This document shows positions 26,075 to 36,069 of a stretch of 64,000 bases of DNA, in pieces. Source of the DNA: a virus; IMG/VR virus record IMGVR_UViG_3300021963_000115, positions 3,487-67,486 of that record; one strand, given 5' to 3'. Positions within the stretch are counted from its first letter, which is position 1. Every line of letters starts with the position of its first letter. The position numbers and the translations under genes are program-made. The notes under the pieces are model-generated. The model was not told the origin of the DNA. It ran no database searches and saw only the letters and a list, made by a program, of their open reading frames with translations.

Positions 26075-26304
26075 AAGCGCCGCAACAATCCCTTAAAGAT
26101 TGGGGCGACCAGAAATGGAGAACCAAAAGTGGCAAACGCTCTTCTGACACGGGTGAAAGATACCTTCCTAGTGCTGCGATTAAAAGTCTCAGCCCTGCTG
26201 AGTACGCTGCGACAACGCGTGCAAAACGTGCTGGCAAAAAAGCCGGACAACAATTCGTAAACCAACCAAAAACCATCGCTAAAAAAACAGCGCAGTTTAG
26301 GTAA
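26071..26304 (+). CDS. DUF5872-like protein, C-terminal half
   Basis: QSLKDW..QKWRTKSGK....GERYLP..AIK.LS..EY..T.RAKR.G...G.QFV. Confidence 0.65.
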   Translation: MKAPQQSLKDWGDQKWRTKSGKRSSDTGERYLPSAAIKSLSPAEYAATTRAKRAGKKAGQQFVNQPKTIAKKTAQFR

Positions 26305-26323
26305 CACTGTGTAAGGAACTAAG

Positions 26324-26542
26324 ATGAACCTCAATATTATTTTAATGTGCGCTCAAATGGCGGCACGCCAACAAGCTGCTGCGTTGGGCTGTGTAGACGC
26401 TGACGTCCAAGCCCTGATTGATGAAGTGGAGTCTTTGTTGGCCCCAGATCCAGTGGTTGAAGAAGCCCCAGTGGTTGAAGAAGCCCCAGTGGTTGAAGAA
26501 GCCCCAGTGGTTGAAGAAGCCCCCACCCCTACAGACGAGTAA
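26324..26542 (+). CDS. acidic protein with PVVEEA repeats
   Basis: AAGGA SD; tandem repeat. Confidence 0.6.
   Translation: MNLNIILMCAQMAARQQAAALGCVDADVQALIDEVESLLAPDPVVEEAPVVEEAPVVEEAPVVEEAPTPTDE
26450..26521. repeat. perfect 18-bp tandem repeat x4
   Basis: CCAGTGGTTGAAGAAGCC x4. Confidence 0.95.
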
Positions 26543-26545
26543 TTT

Positions 26546-27244
26546 ATGGCCACCTCCGGAATCGCATCGTTCAACATGGACCTCACGGAAATTGTGGAGG
26601 AAGCATTTGAGCGTGCTGGTTCGGAGTTGCGTACTGGTTATGACTTAAAGACAGCAAGGCGGTCTTTAAACCTGATGTTTGCTGAATGGGCAAACAAAGG
26701 GTTGAACATGTTTACGTATGAACAGGGCAGCATTACGCTAGTGCCCGGTACGGCTACATACAATTTACCAGCAGATACAGTAGATTTGCTAGAGCATGTT
26801 ATTCGCACAGGCGCTGGTAATACCGCTACGCAAGCAGATTTGACTATTACACGTATTAGTGTTTCTACTTACGCCACAATCCCAAACAAGCTGCAACAGG
26901 CTCGACCTATTCAAGTTTGGATACAACGTCTAGTGGATAACCCTAGTATTACTGTTTGGCCTGTTCCTGATGACTCACAAACGTATACGTTTGTGTACTG
27001 GCGTTTACGCCGTATCCAAGATGCTGGAACAGGTGTCAACACAATGGATTTACCATTCCGTTTCCTTCCTTGTATGGTTGCGGGCCTTGCATATCATTTG
27101 GCATTAAAAGTACCAACAGGCGCAGAACGTTTGCCTATTTTGAAACAGCAGTACGATGAAGCATGGGATTTAGCTTCTAGCGAAGATCGTGAAAAAGCGG
27201 CAGTTCGCTTCGTACCTCGTCAGCAGTATATTGGGGGCACCTGA
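26546..27244 (+). CDS. head-tail adaptor protein
   Basis: EEAFERAG...ARRSLNL...W.N.G, WPVPD, P.RFLPC...GLAY. Confidence 0.7.
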   Translation: MATSGIASFNMDLTEIVEEAFERAGSELRTGYDLKTARRSLNLMFAEWANKGLNMFTYEQGSITLVPGTATYNLPADTVDLLEHVIRTGAGNTATQADLTITRISVSTYATIPNKLQQARPIQVWIQRLVDNPSITVWPVPDDSQTYTFVYWRLRRIQDAGTGVNTMDLPFRFLPCMVAGLAYHLALKVPTGAERLPILKQQYDEAWDLASSEDREKAAVRFVPRQQYIGGT

Positions 27245-27627
27245 TGGGTAATCGGTTTGCTTCTGGCAAAATTGCAATTGCAGAGTGCGACCGCTGCGGG
27301 GAACGCTTTAAACTAAAACTGCTAAAACGTGAGATTATCAAAACCAAGAACTACGACCTCTTGGTATGCCCTGAGTGTTGGGACCCAGATCAACCTCAGT
27401 TGCAATTAGGTATGTACCCAGTGGATGATCCGCAGGGTCTAAGGAACCCACGTCCTGACAGAAGTTATGTGACGTCTGGTTTGAATGCAAACGGAAACCC
27501 TTCTGGAGGTTCACGGGACATTCAATGGGGTTGGGGGCCGGTTGGCGGCGCTAGCAGTTTTGATACAGTTTTAACACCAAACTACTTGGTTTCTCGCGCA
27601 AGTGTTGGTACAGTCACAATATCTTAA
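27244..27627 (+). CDS. Zn-ribbon hypothetical protein
   Basis: CDRCG...VCPECW.P.QPQL. Confidence 0.7.
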   Translation: MGNRFASGKIAIAECDRCGERFKLKLLKREIIKTKNYDLLVCPECWDPDQPQLQLGMYPVDDPQGLRNPRPDRSYVTSGLNANGNPSGGSRDIQWGWGPVGGASSFDTVLTPNYLVSRASVGTVTIS

Positions 27628-27638
27628 GGAGTTATTTC

Positions 27639-27821
27639 ATGGCATACACAAAAGCAGCAGACGGCGTCGCCAGAAAAGGTAAAACTAACGCCCAAATTAT
27701 GGCCAATGATGGGCCCACCGCGGCTAATCCTCGCGGTGGTAAAAGCAAAAAGGGCGGCCCAACTGGCCAACAAATGCGTGCCGTAGGCCGTAACATGGCT
27801 CGTGCTAATAACCAAAAGTGA
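27639..27821 (+). CDS. small basic protein
   Basis: AAGGAG SD; AADGVARKGKT. Confidence 0.65.
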   Translation: MAYTKAADGVARKGKTNAQIMANDGPTAANPRGGKSKKGGPTGQQMRAVGRNMARANNQK

Positions 27822-27829
27822 GGTTATTC

Positions 27830-28096
27830 ATGGCCAAATACAGCCGAAAATTAATGGGTAAAGAAGTTGGCAGTGCCGACGTTTATGCGGAGCCTCATAC
27901 TATGACTGGTAAAAAAGTAGCAATTCAATCTAATCCCGGCAAGCCTTCTGATATTTCAGAAACTAGCTCAATGCGCATGAGTGTTGGTAATTACAACAAC
28001 CCTAAAAACGCTCCAACCACTAAGACCAGCGGTATCAAGATTCGTGGCACAGGCGCGGCTACCAAAGGCACGATGGCTCGTGGCCCAATGGCTTGA
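27830..28096 (+). CDS. small basic protein
   Basis: GAGG SD; IRGTGAATKG. Confidence 0.65.
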   Translation: MAKYSRKLMGKEVGSADVYAEPHTMTGKKVAIQSNPGKPSDISETSSMRMSVGNYNNPKNAPTTKTSGIKIRGTGAATKGTMARGPMA

Positions 28097-28106
28097 GGAT
28101 TAACTC

Positions 28107-28784
28107 ATGGCGATGACTTATGCACAGCTTGTAACGCAAGTATCTGATTATTGTGAGAACACGTTTCCCACAGTTAATATAGACACGTTCATTCGACAGG
28201 CTGAACAGCGCATCTATAACACGGTGCAGCTGGCTAATCTTCGCAAAAATGTTACTGGCACTATCACCGCGACAAACAAATATTTATCAGCTCCAGATGA
28301 TTTTTTATCGGTTTACTCAATTGCGGCTTATCCAGTTGCGGGCGGTGATTACATATATTTGTTGAATAAAGATGTAAACTTTATTCGTGAAGCGTATCCA
28401 AACCCATCATCTACAGGAACACCAAAATACTACGCAATCTTTGGTCCAACCACTACCGCGCTTGGCGCTGTTACCAATGAGTTGTCTTTTATTGTTGGTC
28501 CAACACCTTCAATTGCATATTCTGTAGAGCTGCACTATTACTATTATCCTGAGTCTATTGTGACTGCTGGCCAAACATGGTTAGGTGATAATTTTGACTC
28601 TGCATTGTTATACGGTTCTTTGTGTGAAGCAGCAGTGTTTATGAAAAGCGGGCCTGACGACGCAATGTACACAACATACCAAGCGCGTTATAACGAGGCT
28701 ATGGGCATGCTTAAAAACTTGGGTGATGGCAAACAGCGCGGTGATGCGTACCGAAATGGCCAAACTAGGGTTCCCGCACAATGA
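28107..28784 (+). CDS. second adaptor / tail tubular A-like protein
   Basis: TY..L...V.DY, FI.QAE.RI, G.PKYY, PTP, TWL..N....LLYG.L.EA. Confidence 0.7.
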   Translation: MAMTYAQLVTQVSDYCENTFPTVNIDTFIRQAEQRIYNTVQLANLRKNVTGTITATNKYLSAPDDFLSVYSIAAYPVAGGDYIYLLNKDVNFIREAYPNPSSTGTPKYYAIFGPTTTALGAVTNELSFIVGPTPSIAYSVELHYYYYPESIVTAGQTWLGDNFDSALLYGSLCEAAVFMKSGPDDAMYTTYQARYNEAMGMLKNLGDGKQRGDAYRNGQTRVPAQ

Positions 28785-29203
28785 GCATCGTTCAGACACA
28801 AACGACCAGCTTCAAAGCGGAGCTGTATCAGGGCGTTCACGATCTGACAACAGATGTAATAAAGATCGCTCTGTACACGGCAAATGCAGATTTAAACGCG
28901 AGTACCACCGTGTATTCAACTTCAAACGAGATAGCCGCTACGGGCACGTATGTAGCTGGCGGAGCACAACTTACGCCGATTACGGTATCGTCATCAACAT
29001 CTGATGCAACAGCGTATGTGGGCTTCCCAAACATATCTTGGACTGGTAATATCACAGCACGATGTGCTTTAATTTACAATGCGAGTAAGGGCAATAAAGC
29101 CGTTGCCGTGTTGGACTTTGGATCAGACAAAACGTCTTCTAATTTCACAATCACAATGCCAGCGAATACGTCAACAACCGCGTTGCTTCGCTCTTCATAC
29201 TAA
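28781..29203 (+). CDS. tail-associated structural protein
   Basis: SFK.EL..G.H, KIALY, Y..GG, ALIYN, VLDFG.DK. Confidence 0.7.
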   Translation: MSIVQTQTTSFKAELYQGVHDLTTDVIKIALYTANADLNASTTVYSTSNEIAATGTYVAGGAQLTPITVSSSTSDATAYVGFPNISWTGNITARCALIYNASKGNKAVAVLDFGSDKTSSNFTITMPANTSTTALLRSSY

Positions 29204-29212
29204 GGGGTAATT

Positions 29213-29815
29213 ATGACTAAAGAACTCTCAAGCTTCGGCGACCATGCAGAAGTGACCATGCAATCAAACGTTGCTGGCACTGAGACTGTTGGCATTGAAG
29301 GCGTCTACCACGTAGTTTGCCGCGATGCCGACGGTAACATTAAATGGGAAGATCAGTTCCCAAATCTGGTTAATGCTGTTGGTAAACAGTTGATGCTGGA
29401 CACATTGCTTTCAGGCACAACATACACCACGGTTGGGCCGTTCCTTGGTTTGATTTCTGGCACCGGCCTGACGTTTGCCGCAGCCGATACGCTATCTTCA
29501 AAATCATGGACTGAGTTCATCAATTACACCGTTGGTGGTTCGGCTGTGCGTGGCACTGCAGTCTTTAGCGCCGCGTCTTCTTCAGGTACTACACCGTCCA
29601 ACGTGACAACCAAAACAGCTTCCGCGATTACGTACACCATTACAGGCGCAGGCGGTACAGTGGGTGGTTGTTTCTTAGTGACTGGTGCTGGCGCGGTCAA
29701 CACACAGAGCAGCACTGCTGGTACTCTGTATAGCGCAGGTGCATTTGCCACAGCCAAAGTGACCACTGCTGGTGACACTGTTTCTGTTACCTACGCCACT
29801 ACTGCGACAAGCTAA
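29213..29815 (+). CDS. tail-associated structural protein
   Basis: W.D...NLV...G..L; T/G-rich. Confidence 0.7.
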   Translation: MTKELSSFGDHAEVTMQSNVAGTETVGIEGVYHVVCRDADGNIKWEDQFPNLVNAVGKQLMLDTLLSGTTYTTVGPFLGLISGTGLTFAAADTLSSKSWTEFINYTVGGSAVRGTAVFSAASSSGTTPSNVTTKTASAITYTITGAGGTVGGCFLVTGAGAVNTQSSTAGTLYSAGAFATAKVTTAGDTVSVTYATTATS

Positions 29816-29827
29816 TAGGGGGTTCAA

Positions 29828-32050
29828 ATGCCTCTGGTCCTTGCAAACCGCGTCCAAGAAACGGGCACGGCAAATACCACTGTAAGTTTTACGCTTACGG
29901 GTGCGGTGCCGGGCTTCCAGTCGTTTGCCACGATTGGGAACACCAACACCACGTACTACTCAGCTACGGACGGTTCAAGCAACTGGGAAGTCGGCCTTGG
30001 TACGTATTCGACCACAGGACCAACATTAACCCGCACCACCATTTACGCTTCGAGCAACGCTGGTAGCGCGGTGACGTTTTCTGGGGTAGTCAGCGTATTT
30101 GTGACGTATCCTTCTGGACGCTCGGTTAATCTTGATGCAAGCGGAAACGTCTCTGCACTAGGCACTGTAGCGTCAGGTACATGGCAAGGATCGACCGTTG
30201 GTGTAGCGTATGGTGGCACAGGCGTAACTACTTCGACCGGCGCAAACTCCGTTGTGCTTCGGGATGCCAACGGAAACATCACGGTTAACCGTATAAGCCA
30301 AGAATTGCAGACCATCACTGCATCTGGTGGCACGACTGTGTTGACCGCAGCTTCGGACTTCAACCAGCAGCTGGTGGGCACTGGAGGTCACACGTTTAGG
30401 TTGCCAGACGCAACAACATTAACTGACACCACTGCGTTTCAGTTTAACAACAACGCCACTGGAACTCTGACTATTGAGAACAACGCTAGTGCGGTTATTA
30501 GTACGGTTGCTCCGGGCGGCGCTGCTGGCGTTGCCTTGATGAACAACACCACCGTGGCTGGTACATGGGACGTCCATGGCTACATCCCTGAAAATGTTAC
30601 TTGGGGAACCAACGCGCTGGCGCTGGGAACTACAGTCATCTCTGGCGGTACTTGGCAGGGGGGCACTATTCAATCGGGGTACGGCGGGACCGGCCTGACT
30701 ACATTTGCGGGCGCAAACAACGCCCTATATTCGACCAGTGCATCAGCGTTGGCCGCTGGTACCTTACCCGTAGCCGCAGGGGGGACCGGGACCGCAACAC
30801 CATCGTTGGTGGCTGGTACAAACATTACGATTTCGGGGTCGTTCCCAAACCAGACCATTAACGCTTCTAGCGGGGGACTGACCGGCTTTACTGGTGCTTT
30901 GGGGACCGCAGCTCCCAACGCGACGGTTAACGTCAGTTCGCTTACATCTTCTGCGGTATCAACTAATGCTGACGTAGCGTTTGTAGCCAAAGGTACAGGG
31001 GCTACATTGGCTCAAGTGCCTGATAACGCTACAAATGGCGGAAGTAAACGTGGGTCTTATGCAACTGATTGGCAAAAATTTAGAAGCACCAATACACAAA
31101 TTGCGTCTGCTTATGGGTCAACAATATCAGGTGGTCTTCAAAGCACCGCTTCTGGTAGCCGTTCAGCAATTGGAGGAGGGGAACTTCACACCGCATCTGG
31201 CGACTATTCTTCAGTGCTTGGTGGATTAATTAATACAGCATCCAGCCCATACTCATTTGTAGGTGGTGGGGGCTCAAACGCCGCTCAAACAGCAGCAACG
31301 GGGTACAACGTTGTAGTCGGTGGCGCAAACAATATTGCCTCTGGTAATTACTCATTTGTTGGGGGTGGCGGTGATGCCGCAACTGCTACGAACCGGAACA
31401 CGGCTTCTGGAAATTGGTCTTGTGTTACTAGTGGCCAAACTAACACAGCAAGCGGGTCTAGTGCTTCCGTTGTTGGTGGCTCAAGCAGCACAGCAAGCGG
31501 GTCTAGTGCTTCCGTTGTTGGTGGGTCAATAAACATTGCAAATTCCGATTTTGGTGTAGTTATTGGCGGTTCCCGAGGCGATACAAGAGGAATCTCTGGA
31601 AACTTTGTTACACCGGCAAGTAACAATCCAGTTTCCAACGCAAGTGGCGTACAGCAATTAGCAACACTATTACTTGGCCGTCAAACCACAGACGCAACTG
31701 CAACAAGGCTTACAAGCAACACATCTGCCGGAGCAACCACCAACCAAGTCATCCTTCCAAACAACAGCGCCTATTACTTTCGCGGATCGGTCACGTCTGG
31801 TGTAACTGGTGGGGGCAACTCGGCTATGTGGACCTTTGAAGGCGGCATCAAGCGCGGTGCTAACGCCGCATCCACAACCCTTATCCAGTCGGTCATTAAT
31901 CCAGTGGCTGCGGATTCTGGCGCATCTACGTGGATCGTTGCGCTGTCTGCTGATACAACAAACGGCGGTCTGGCTGTTACAGTAACCGGCCAAGCCTCAA
32001 CCACAATCAGGTGGGTGTGCAAAATCGAAACAACTGAAATGACCTTCTAA
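29828..32050 (+). CDS. tail fibre protein
   Basis: L.V..GGTG fibre repeats; ~15-aa N.ASG..S.V.GG beta-roll (YadA/Hep-Hag-like) repeats. Confidence 0.8.
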   Translation: MPLVLANRVQETGTANTTVSFTLTGAVPGFQSFATIGNTNTTYYSATDGSSNWEVGLGTYSTTGPTLTRTTIYASSNAGSAVTFSGVVSVFVTYPSGRSVNLDASGNVSALGTVASGTWQGSTVGVAYGGTGVTTSTGANSVVLRDANGNITVNRISQELQTITASGGTTVLTAASDFNQQLVGTGGHTFRLPDATTLTDTTAFQFNNNATGTLTIENNASAVISTVAPGGAAGVALMNNTTVAGTWDVHGYIPENVTWGTNALALGTTVISGGTWQGGTIQSGYGGTGLTTFAGANNALYSTSASALAAGTLPVAAGGTGTATPSLVAGTNITISGSFPNQTINASSGGLTGFTGALGTAAPNATVNVSSLTSSAVSTNADVAFVAKGTGATLAQVPDNATNGGSKRGSYATDWQKFRSTNTQIASAYGSTISGGLQSTASGSRSAIGGGELHTASGDYSSVLGGLINTASSPYSFVGGGGSNAAQTAATGYNVVVGGANNIASGNYSFVGGGGDAATATNRNTASGNWSCVTSGQTNTASGSSASVVGGSSSTASGSSASVVGGSINIANSDFGVVIGGSRGDTRGISGNFVTPASNNPVSNASGVQQLATLLLGRQTTDATATRLTSNTSAGATTNQVILPNNSAYYFRGSVTSGVTGGGNSAMWTFEGGIKRGANAASTTLIQSVINPVAADSGASTWIVALSADTTNGGLAVTVTGQASTTIRWVCKIETTEMTF

Positions 32051-32060
32051 GGGAAACATC

Positions 32061-32324
32061 ATGGCCCTAAAAATTTCCATCCCCACAAGCAATGTCGGCG
32101 TTCCATTTGCGGAAGCCTACGCCCGTATCACCAATATCTTTGGCAACAAAGATCAGGTGCAGTACCAAGTGTCTGTGTCTGCCAATGCTGATGCTCGTGA
32201 AGCAAACGCCCAAGAGGTCGCACAGCACGCCTTCTATTGCGCCACCCCACAAGGCAACCTGATGGAAGGCTTGTACGCCGACCTGAAACTGCAAGCTGGC
32301 TTTGAGGCCGCAGAGGACTGCTGA
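32061..32324 (+). CDS. fibre-associated small protein (assembly chaperone-like)
   Basis: directly after the fibre; Y..LK...F..A.DC. Confidence 0.6.
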   Translation: MALKISIPTSNVGVPFAEAYARITNIFGNKDQVQYQVSVSANADAREANAQEVAQHAFYCATPQGNLMEGLYADLKLQAGFEAAEDC

Positions 32325-32641
32325 TGGCCCAGATACCATTACTCAATGCGCAAACCGGCACCACCTACACGCTGGTGCTGGCCGATGCTGGAAAGTTTGT
32401 GACGTTGAACAATGCTGCCGCTATTGCATTGACGGTCCCGCTTGAGTCGTCGGTGAACTACGCCATTGGCACATCCATTGATCTTGTGCAACTTGGGGCC
32501 GGTCAGGTAACAGTCGCGGGCGCAGGTGGTGTTACAGTTAACGCAACGCCGGGACTTAAGCTTAGAGCGCAATACAGTGCAGCGACGTTGGTTAAAACCG
32601 CTTCAAACACTTGGGTGTTAGTGGGAGATATAGCCGCATGA
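32324..32641 (+). CDS. fibre-associated beta domain protein
   Basis: NAQTGTTYTLVL.DAG...LRAQYS.ATL.K...NTW.L.GD. Confidence 0.7.
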   Translation: MAQIPLLNAQTGTTYTLVLADAGKFVTLNNAAAIALTVPLESSVNYAIGTSIDLVQLGAGQVTVAGAGGVTVNATPGLKLRAQYSAATLVKTASNTWVLVGDIAA

Positions 32642-33336
32642 GTTTTCTTGGCATTACAGCATCGAATCAACAACGCAAGCCACTGGTGATTACGCAGGGC
32701 TTGACTGTTTATTTGGATGCGGCCAATAGGGCTTCGTATCCCGGCACTGGGTCAACGTGGTTTGATTTGAGTGGTAATGGCAACAATGGCACTTTGGTGA
32801 ATTCGCCAAGCTGGACAACAATTACCAGCGTTCAAACTTTTGCGTTTAACGGTACAAACAACCGTGTTTCGTTTAGTTACCAAACCCCCGTCCAATCAAA
32901 CTCAACTGGGTTTACTTGGGGCGCGTGGATTCGGGCCAACCGAAACTTTGACGGCGACGTTGTAATGGGCTTTCGCGGGACGACTCCATTGGAGTTCTAC
33001 AAAATGACCACCCAAAAGTTTGAAATGTACCCAGCAGAAGTTTTTGCTACGGTTACGCTAACAACGTGGATATACATCTGTGCAGTGTGGAACGGCAGCG
33101 GAACAAGCGGCGGAACAAATATGACTTGGTATCACAATGGCTCTAGTGTTGGATTGCGCGACGCAGACAACCCGGCATTTAGTGCTTCTGCAATGCCGTT
33201 TAACATTGGTGGAGATGCCGCTGCAAACGAATTTTTTCAAGGTTACATAGCGGCAGCACACGTTTACAATCGCGCTCTTTCTGCGGCGGAGGTTAGCGCA
33301 AACTTTGATTCGATGAAAAAATACTACGGGTATTAA
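32638..33336 (+). CDS. LamG/concanavalin A-like lectin domain protein
   Basis: LDAAN..SYPG.G.TW.DLSGNGN.GTL.N ... YNRALS..EV..NF. Confidence 0.85.
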   Translation: MSFLGITASNQQRKPLVITQGLTVYLDAANRASYPGTGSTWFDLSGNGNNGTLVNSPSWTTITSVQTFAFNGTNNRVSFSYQTPVQSNSTGFTWGAWIRANRNFDGDVVMGFRGTTPLEFYKMTTQKFEMYPAEVFATVTLTTWIYICAVWNGSGTSGGTNMTWYHNGSSVGLRDADNPAFSASAMPFNIGGDAAANEFFQGYIAAAHVYNRALSAAEVSANFDSMKKYYGY

Positions 33337-33351
33337 CCCAAAAAGACCATC

Positions 33352-34251
33352 ATGTTCGGCACCTCAAGTTTTGCCCAAACACCGTTTGCATCTCTTGCTG
33401 GAACTGCAAATGCGCTGTTTATTGTCGAGGGCATTCAGCTTGGTGATGCCAGCACTCAGCTGTCGGCGTTTTTGCAAACCCAAACAGAACCCGTTGTTAT
33501 GGGGGATATTAATTCCACAGCGGGACTTTTCTTTGGTAGTGTGACTGAATCACTAACGTCTGGGGATTCTAGTACGCAATTGTCCGCCTTTTTGCAGTCC
33601 ATCAGCGAGAATTCTCGCCCAGCGGACGCCGTTATAATTGCGGCCCAATTTGCCCAGTCGGTCGCAGAAAACTCGGTGTTGGCTGACACCCCCGTACCTT
33701 TTGCTGCGTTCCTTCAATCACTCACTGAAGGCGCGACACTGGCGGACAACAATACGCAGCAGTCAGTGTTTACCCAATCAATTACAGAAAATTTCCAACT
33801 AGCAGACTCTGTGGCAATCACGGCCCAGTTTGCTCAAGCCTTATCAGAAAACATCACGATGGCCGATTTACCGGTGATCGCCGCCCAGTTTGCTCAAATC
33901 GTTACAGAAAACGCGTCGCTTGCGGACATTCGAATAATTGGTTTGGCGTTTGTTGATGCAATTACAGAAAGCTTGTCCGCCGCTGATGCTGCAACGGTTG
34001 TAAGTTTGTTTTTTGAATCTGTCTTTGAAAACTTTAGCAGCGCTGATGCGGCTTCAATTGTTAGTGGGTTCCAACTGGCCATTACTGAAAACACAACTTT
34101 GGCAGACAGCACTGCGGTGGCTGGGTGGATCAAAATTATCGACTCTCAGACTGCAAACTGGGTCAATATCAACGACACGCAAAGCACCGTTTGGCAAAAT
34201 GTCAATGACAGCCAGACACCAAACTGGCAAAATATCAACAATTCGCAGTAA
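33352..34251 (+). CDS. repetitive tail/fibre structural protein
   Basis: MFG.S.FA..PFA N-terminus; ~19-aa E....AD repeats; W..I.D.Q C-terminal repeats. Confidence 0.7.
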   Translation: MFGTSSFAQTPFASLAGTANALFIVEGIQLGDASTQLSAFLQTQTEPVVMGDINSTAGLFFGSVTESLTSGDSSTQLSAFLQSISENSRPADAVIIAAQFAQSVAENSVLADTPVPFAAFLQSLTEGATLADNNTQQSVFTQSITENFQLADSVAITAQFAQALSENITMADLPVIAAQFAQIVTENASLADIRIIGLAFVDAITESLSAADAATVVSLFFESVFENFSSADAASIVSGFQLAITENTTLADSTAVAGWIKIIDSQTANWVNINDTQSTVWQNVNDSQTPNWQNINNSQ

Positions 34252-34260
34252 GGACACAAC

Positions 34261-35121
34261 ATGTCAAGCAGCTTTTCCAATCTTAAATTTGAGCTAATCG
34301 GCACGGGCGAGCAGTCCGGCACATGGGGCGCTACAACCAACACCAACATTGGAACAGCCATTGAGCAGGCGATTGTTGGCATGGGCACCCTGACGTCTTC
34401 TGACTTTACAGCCAACGTCGCTACCCTGACGTTGTCCAACACTAACGCAGCCCAAAACGCCCGTGCGTTGTGTTTAAACATTGCCGCAGGTGCAGTCTCT
34501 GCTGCCGGAACAATTAACGTCCCAGCGATCCAAAAACCGTATCTGATTATTAACGGTAGTAGTTATACGGTTACCGTCAAAGTCTCTGGCTTGACTGGTG
34601 TTGCAGTCCCTGCGGGTGAGCGCACTGTGGTGTATAACAACGGTACAGATGTAGGGGAACAAGTTACGTACCTGACAAATTTAGATCTGGGCACGGCGCT
34701 TCCAGTTGCCTCTGGTGGTACAGGCGCAACAACATTAGCAGCGGCAAGCATTGTTACGTATACCGGCGTAGAAACACTCTCAAATAAAAATATTCAAAGT
34801 CGTGTGGTAGTTGTGGCGGATGCTACATCTATTACGGTAAACGCAGACACTACCGATATTGCAACACAAGCAAACACTCAAAGTGCTGGCACTTTAACAA
34901 TAAATGCGCCTACTGGTACACCGTTTAATGGCCAAAAATGGATGTTGCGTTTAACTAGCACCAATGTTCAAACTTTTTCATGGAATGCAATTTTTGCCGG
35001 TTCCAATGATCTTGCATTGCCTGCAGTCTCCACTGGGTCTAGTAAAGCTGATTATTTAGGTTTTATATATAACAGCACTGCAAGTAAATGGCAATTGCTG
35101 GCTAAAAACTTTGGGTTCTAA
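34261..35121 (+). CDS. tail fibre-like protein
   Basis: L..EL..TGEQSGTWG..TN.N; LPVASGGTG. Confidence 0.7.
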   Translation: MSSSFSNLKFELIGTGEQSGTWGATTNTNIGTAIEQAIVGMGTLTSSDFTANVATLTLSNTNAAQNARALCLNIAAGAVSAAGTINVPAIQKPYLIINGSSYTVTVKVSGLTGVAVPAGERTVVYNNGTDVGEQVTYLTNLDLGTALPVASGGTGATTLAAASIVTYTGVETLSNKNIQSRVVVVADATSITVNADTTDIATQANTQSAGTLTINAPTGTPFNGQKWMLRLTSTNVQTFSWNAIFAGSNDLALPAVSTGSSKADYLGFIYNSTASKWQLLAKNFGF

Positions 35122-35124
35122 ATA

Positions 35125-36042
35125 ATGGCAATAAAAACTGTATTTATTACCACCCCCGGCGCTGGCACATTTACAGTGCCGCTTGATTTTGGATCTCTTG
35201 TTTCTGTTGAAGCCATTGGGGGTGGAAGTCACTATGACGCATATAAAGGCGGTAGCGGCGGCGCGTATGCTAAAAGTGTATCTGCGTTTGGTTTGACCGC
35301 TGGGCTAACTGTATATAAAAATGTTGGCGCGGCTGGTACAGGGGGTTCGCTTAATGGTGGCGATTCATGGATCAACACTACCACAAATGCGCCTCCCAGT
35401 TCTTCTTCACAAGGTGTTTTGGCAAAGGGTGGAGTGCCCGGACCCGGTGGTGGTGGCCCCACTGCAACTTCTGTTGGCGATACCAAATATGCTGGCGGAA
35501 GCGGTGGTGGTGCTATAGAACTTTTAAATGGTGCCGGTGGTGGCGGCGCAGCTGGGCCTTTAGGTTCAGGAAAAAACGGTGGAAATGGATATACGTTTAG
35601 CACTACCAAATTTTCTGGCGGCGGTGGTGGTGGTGGTGGCGGATCATCAACAGCAGGGCAATCCGCGGCATTTGCTTATTCTGGAGCTGGAGGTGCGGGG
35701 CCTAGTGGGACGGGTGGCGGAGCTGCGTCAGATGGTACTAGTACACAAGCAGGGAACGGCACAGATGGGGGTGGTGGCGGTGGTGGTATTTACGGTGGAT
35801 CTATTCCAACCATTTGCAATGCTGGTGGGGCTGGGGGCAACGGCACTGGGTGGGTGCAAACGTCAGATGGTGCTGTGGCAGGTGCTGGGGGCGGGGCAGG
35901 CGCTGGTTTGACTGCTTCTATTAGCGGACTATATGGAGCGGGGGCGGCTTTAGCTACTGGTGGCACTGCCGCCCAAGGGATTATTGTTTTAATTTACGAC
36001 ACCACTCCAAAAAATACTGGCGCATTTTTTGAATTTTTTTAA
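35125..36042 (+). CDS. glycine-rich fibre tip protein
   Basis: poly-G tracts, GGSGGAY, QGIIVL.Y. Confidence 0.7.
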   Translation: MAIKTVFITTPGAGTFTVPLDFGSLVSVEAIGGGSHYDAYKGGSGGAYAKSVSAFGLTAGLTVYKNVGAAGTGGSLNGGDSWINTTTNAPPSSSSQGVLAKGGVPGPGGGGPTATSVGDTKYAGGSGGGAIELLNGAGGGGAAGPLGSGKNGGNGYTFSTTKFSGGGGGGGGGSSTAGQSAAFAYSGAGGAGPSGTGGGAASDGTSTQAGNGTDGGGGGGGIYGGSIPTICNAGGAGGNGTGWVQTSDGAVAGAGGGAGAGLTASISGLYGAGAALATGGTAAQGIIVLIYDTTPKNTGAFFEFF

Positions 36043-36069
36043 ACGAAAAGTCATGCAGTAGGTTTAAAC

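Noticed and set aside
29828-36042. Diversity-generating retroelement acting on the fibres
   Set aside because: No reverse transcriptase and no TR/VR pair; the duplication at 31444/31489 is an in-frame beta-roll repeat.
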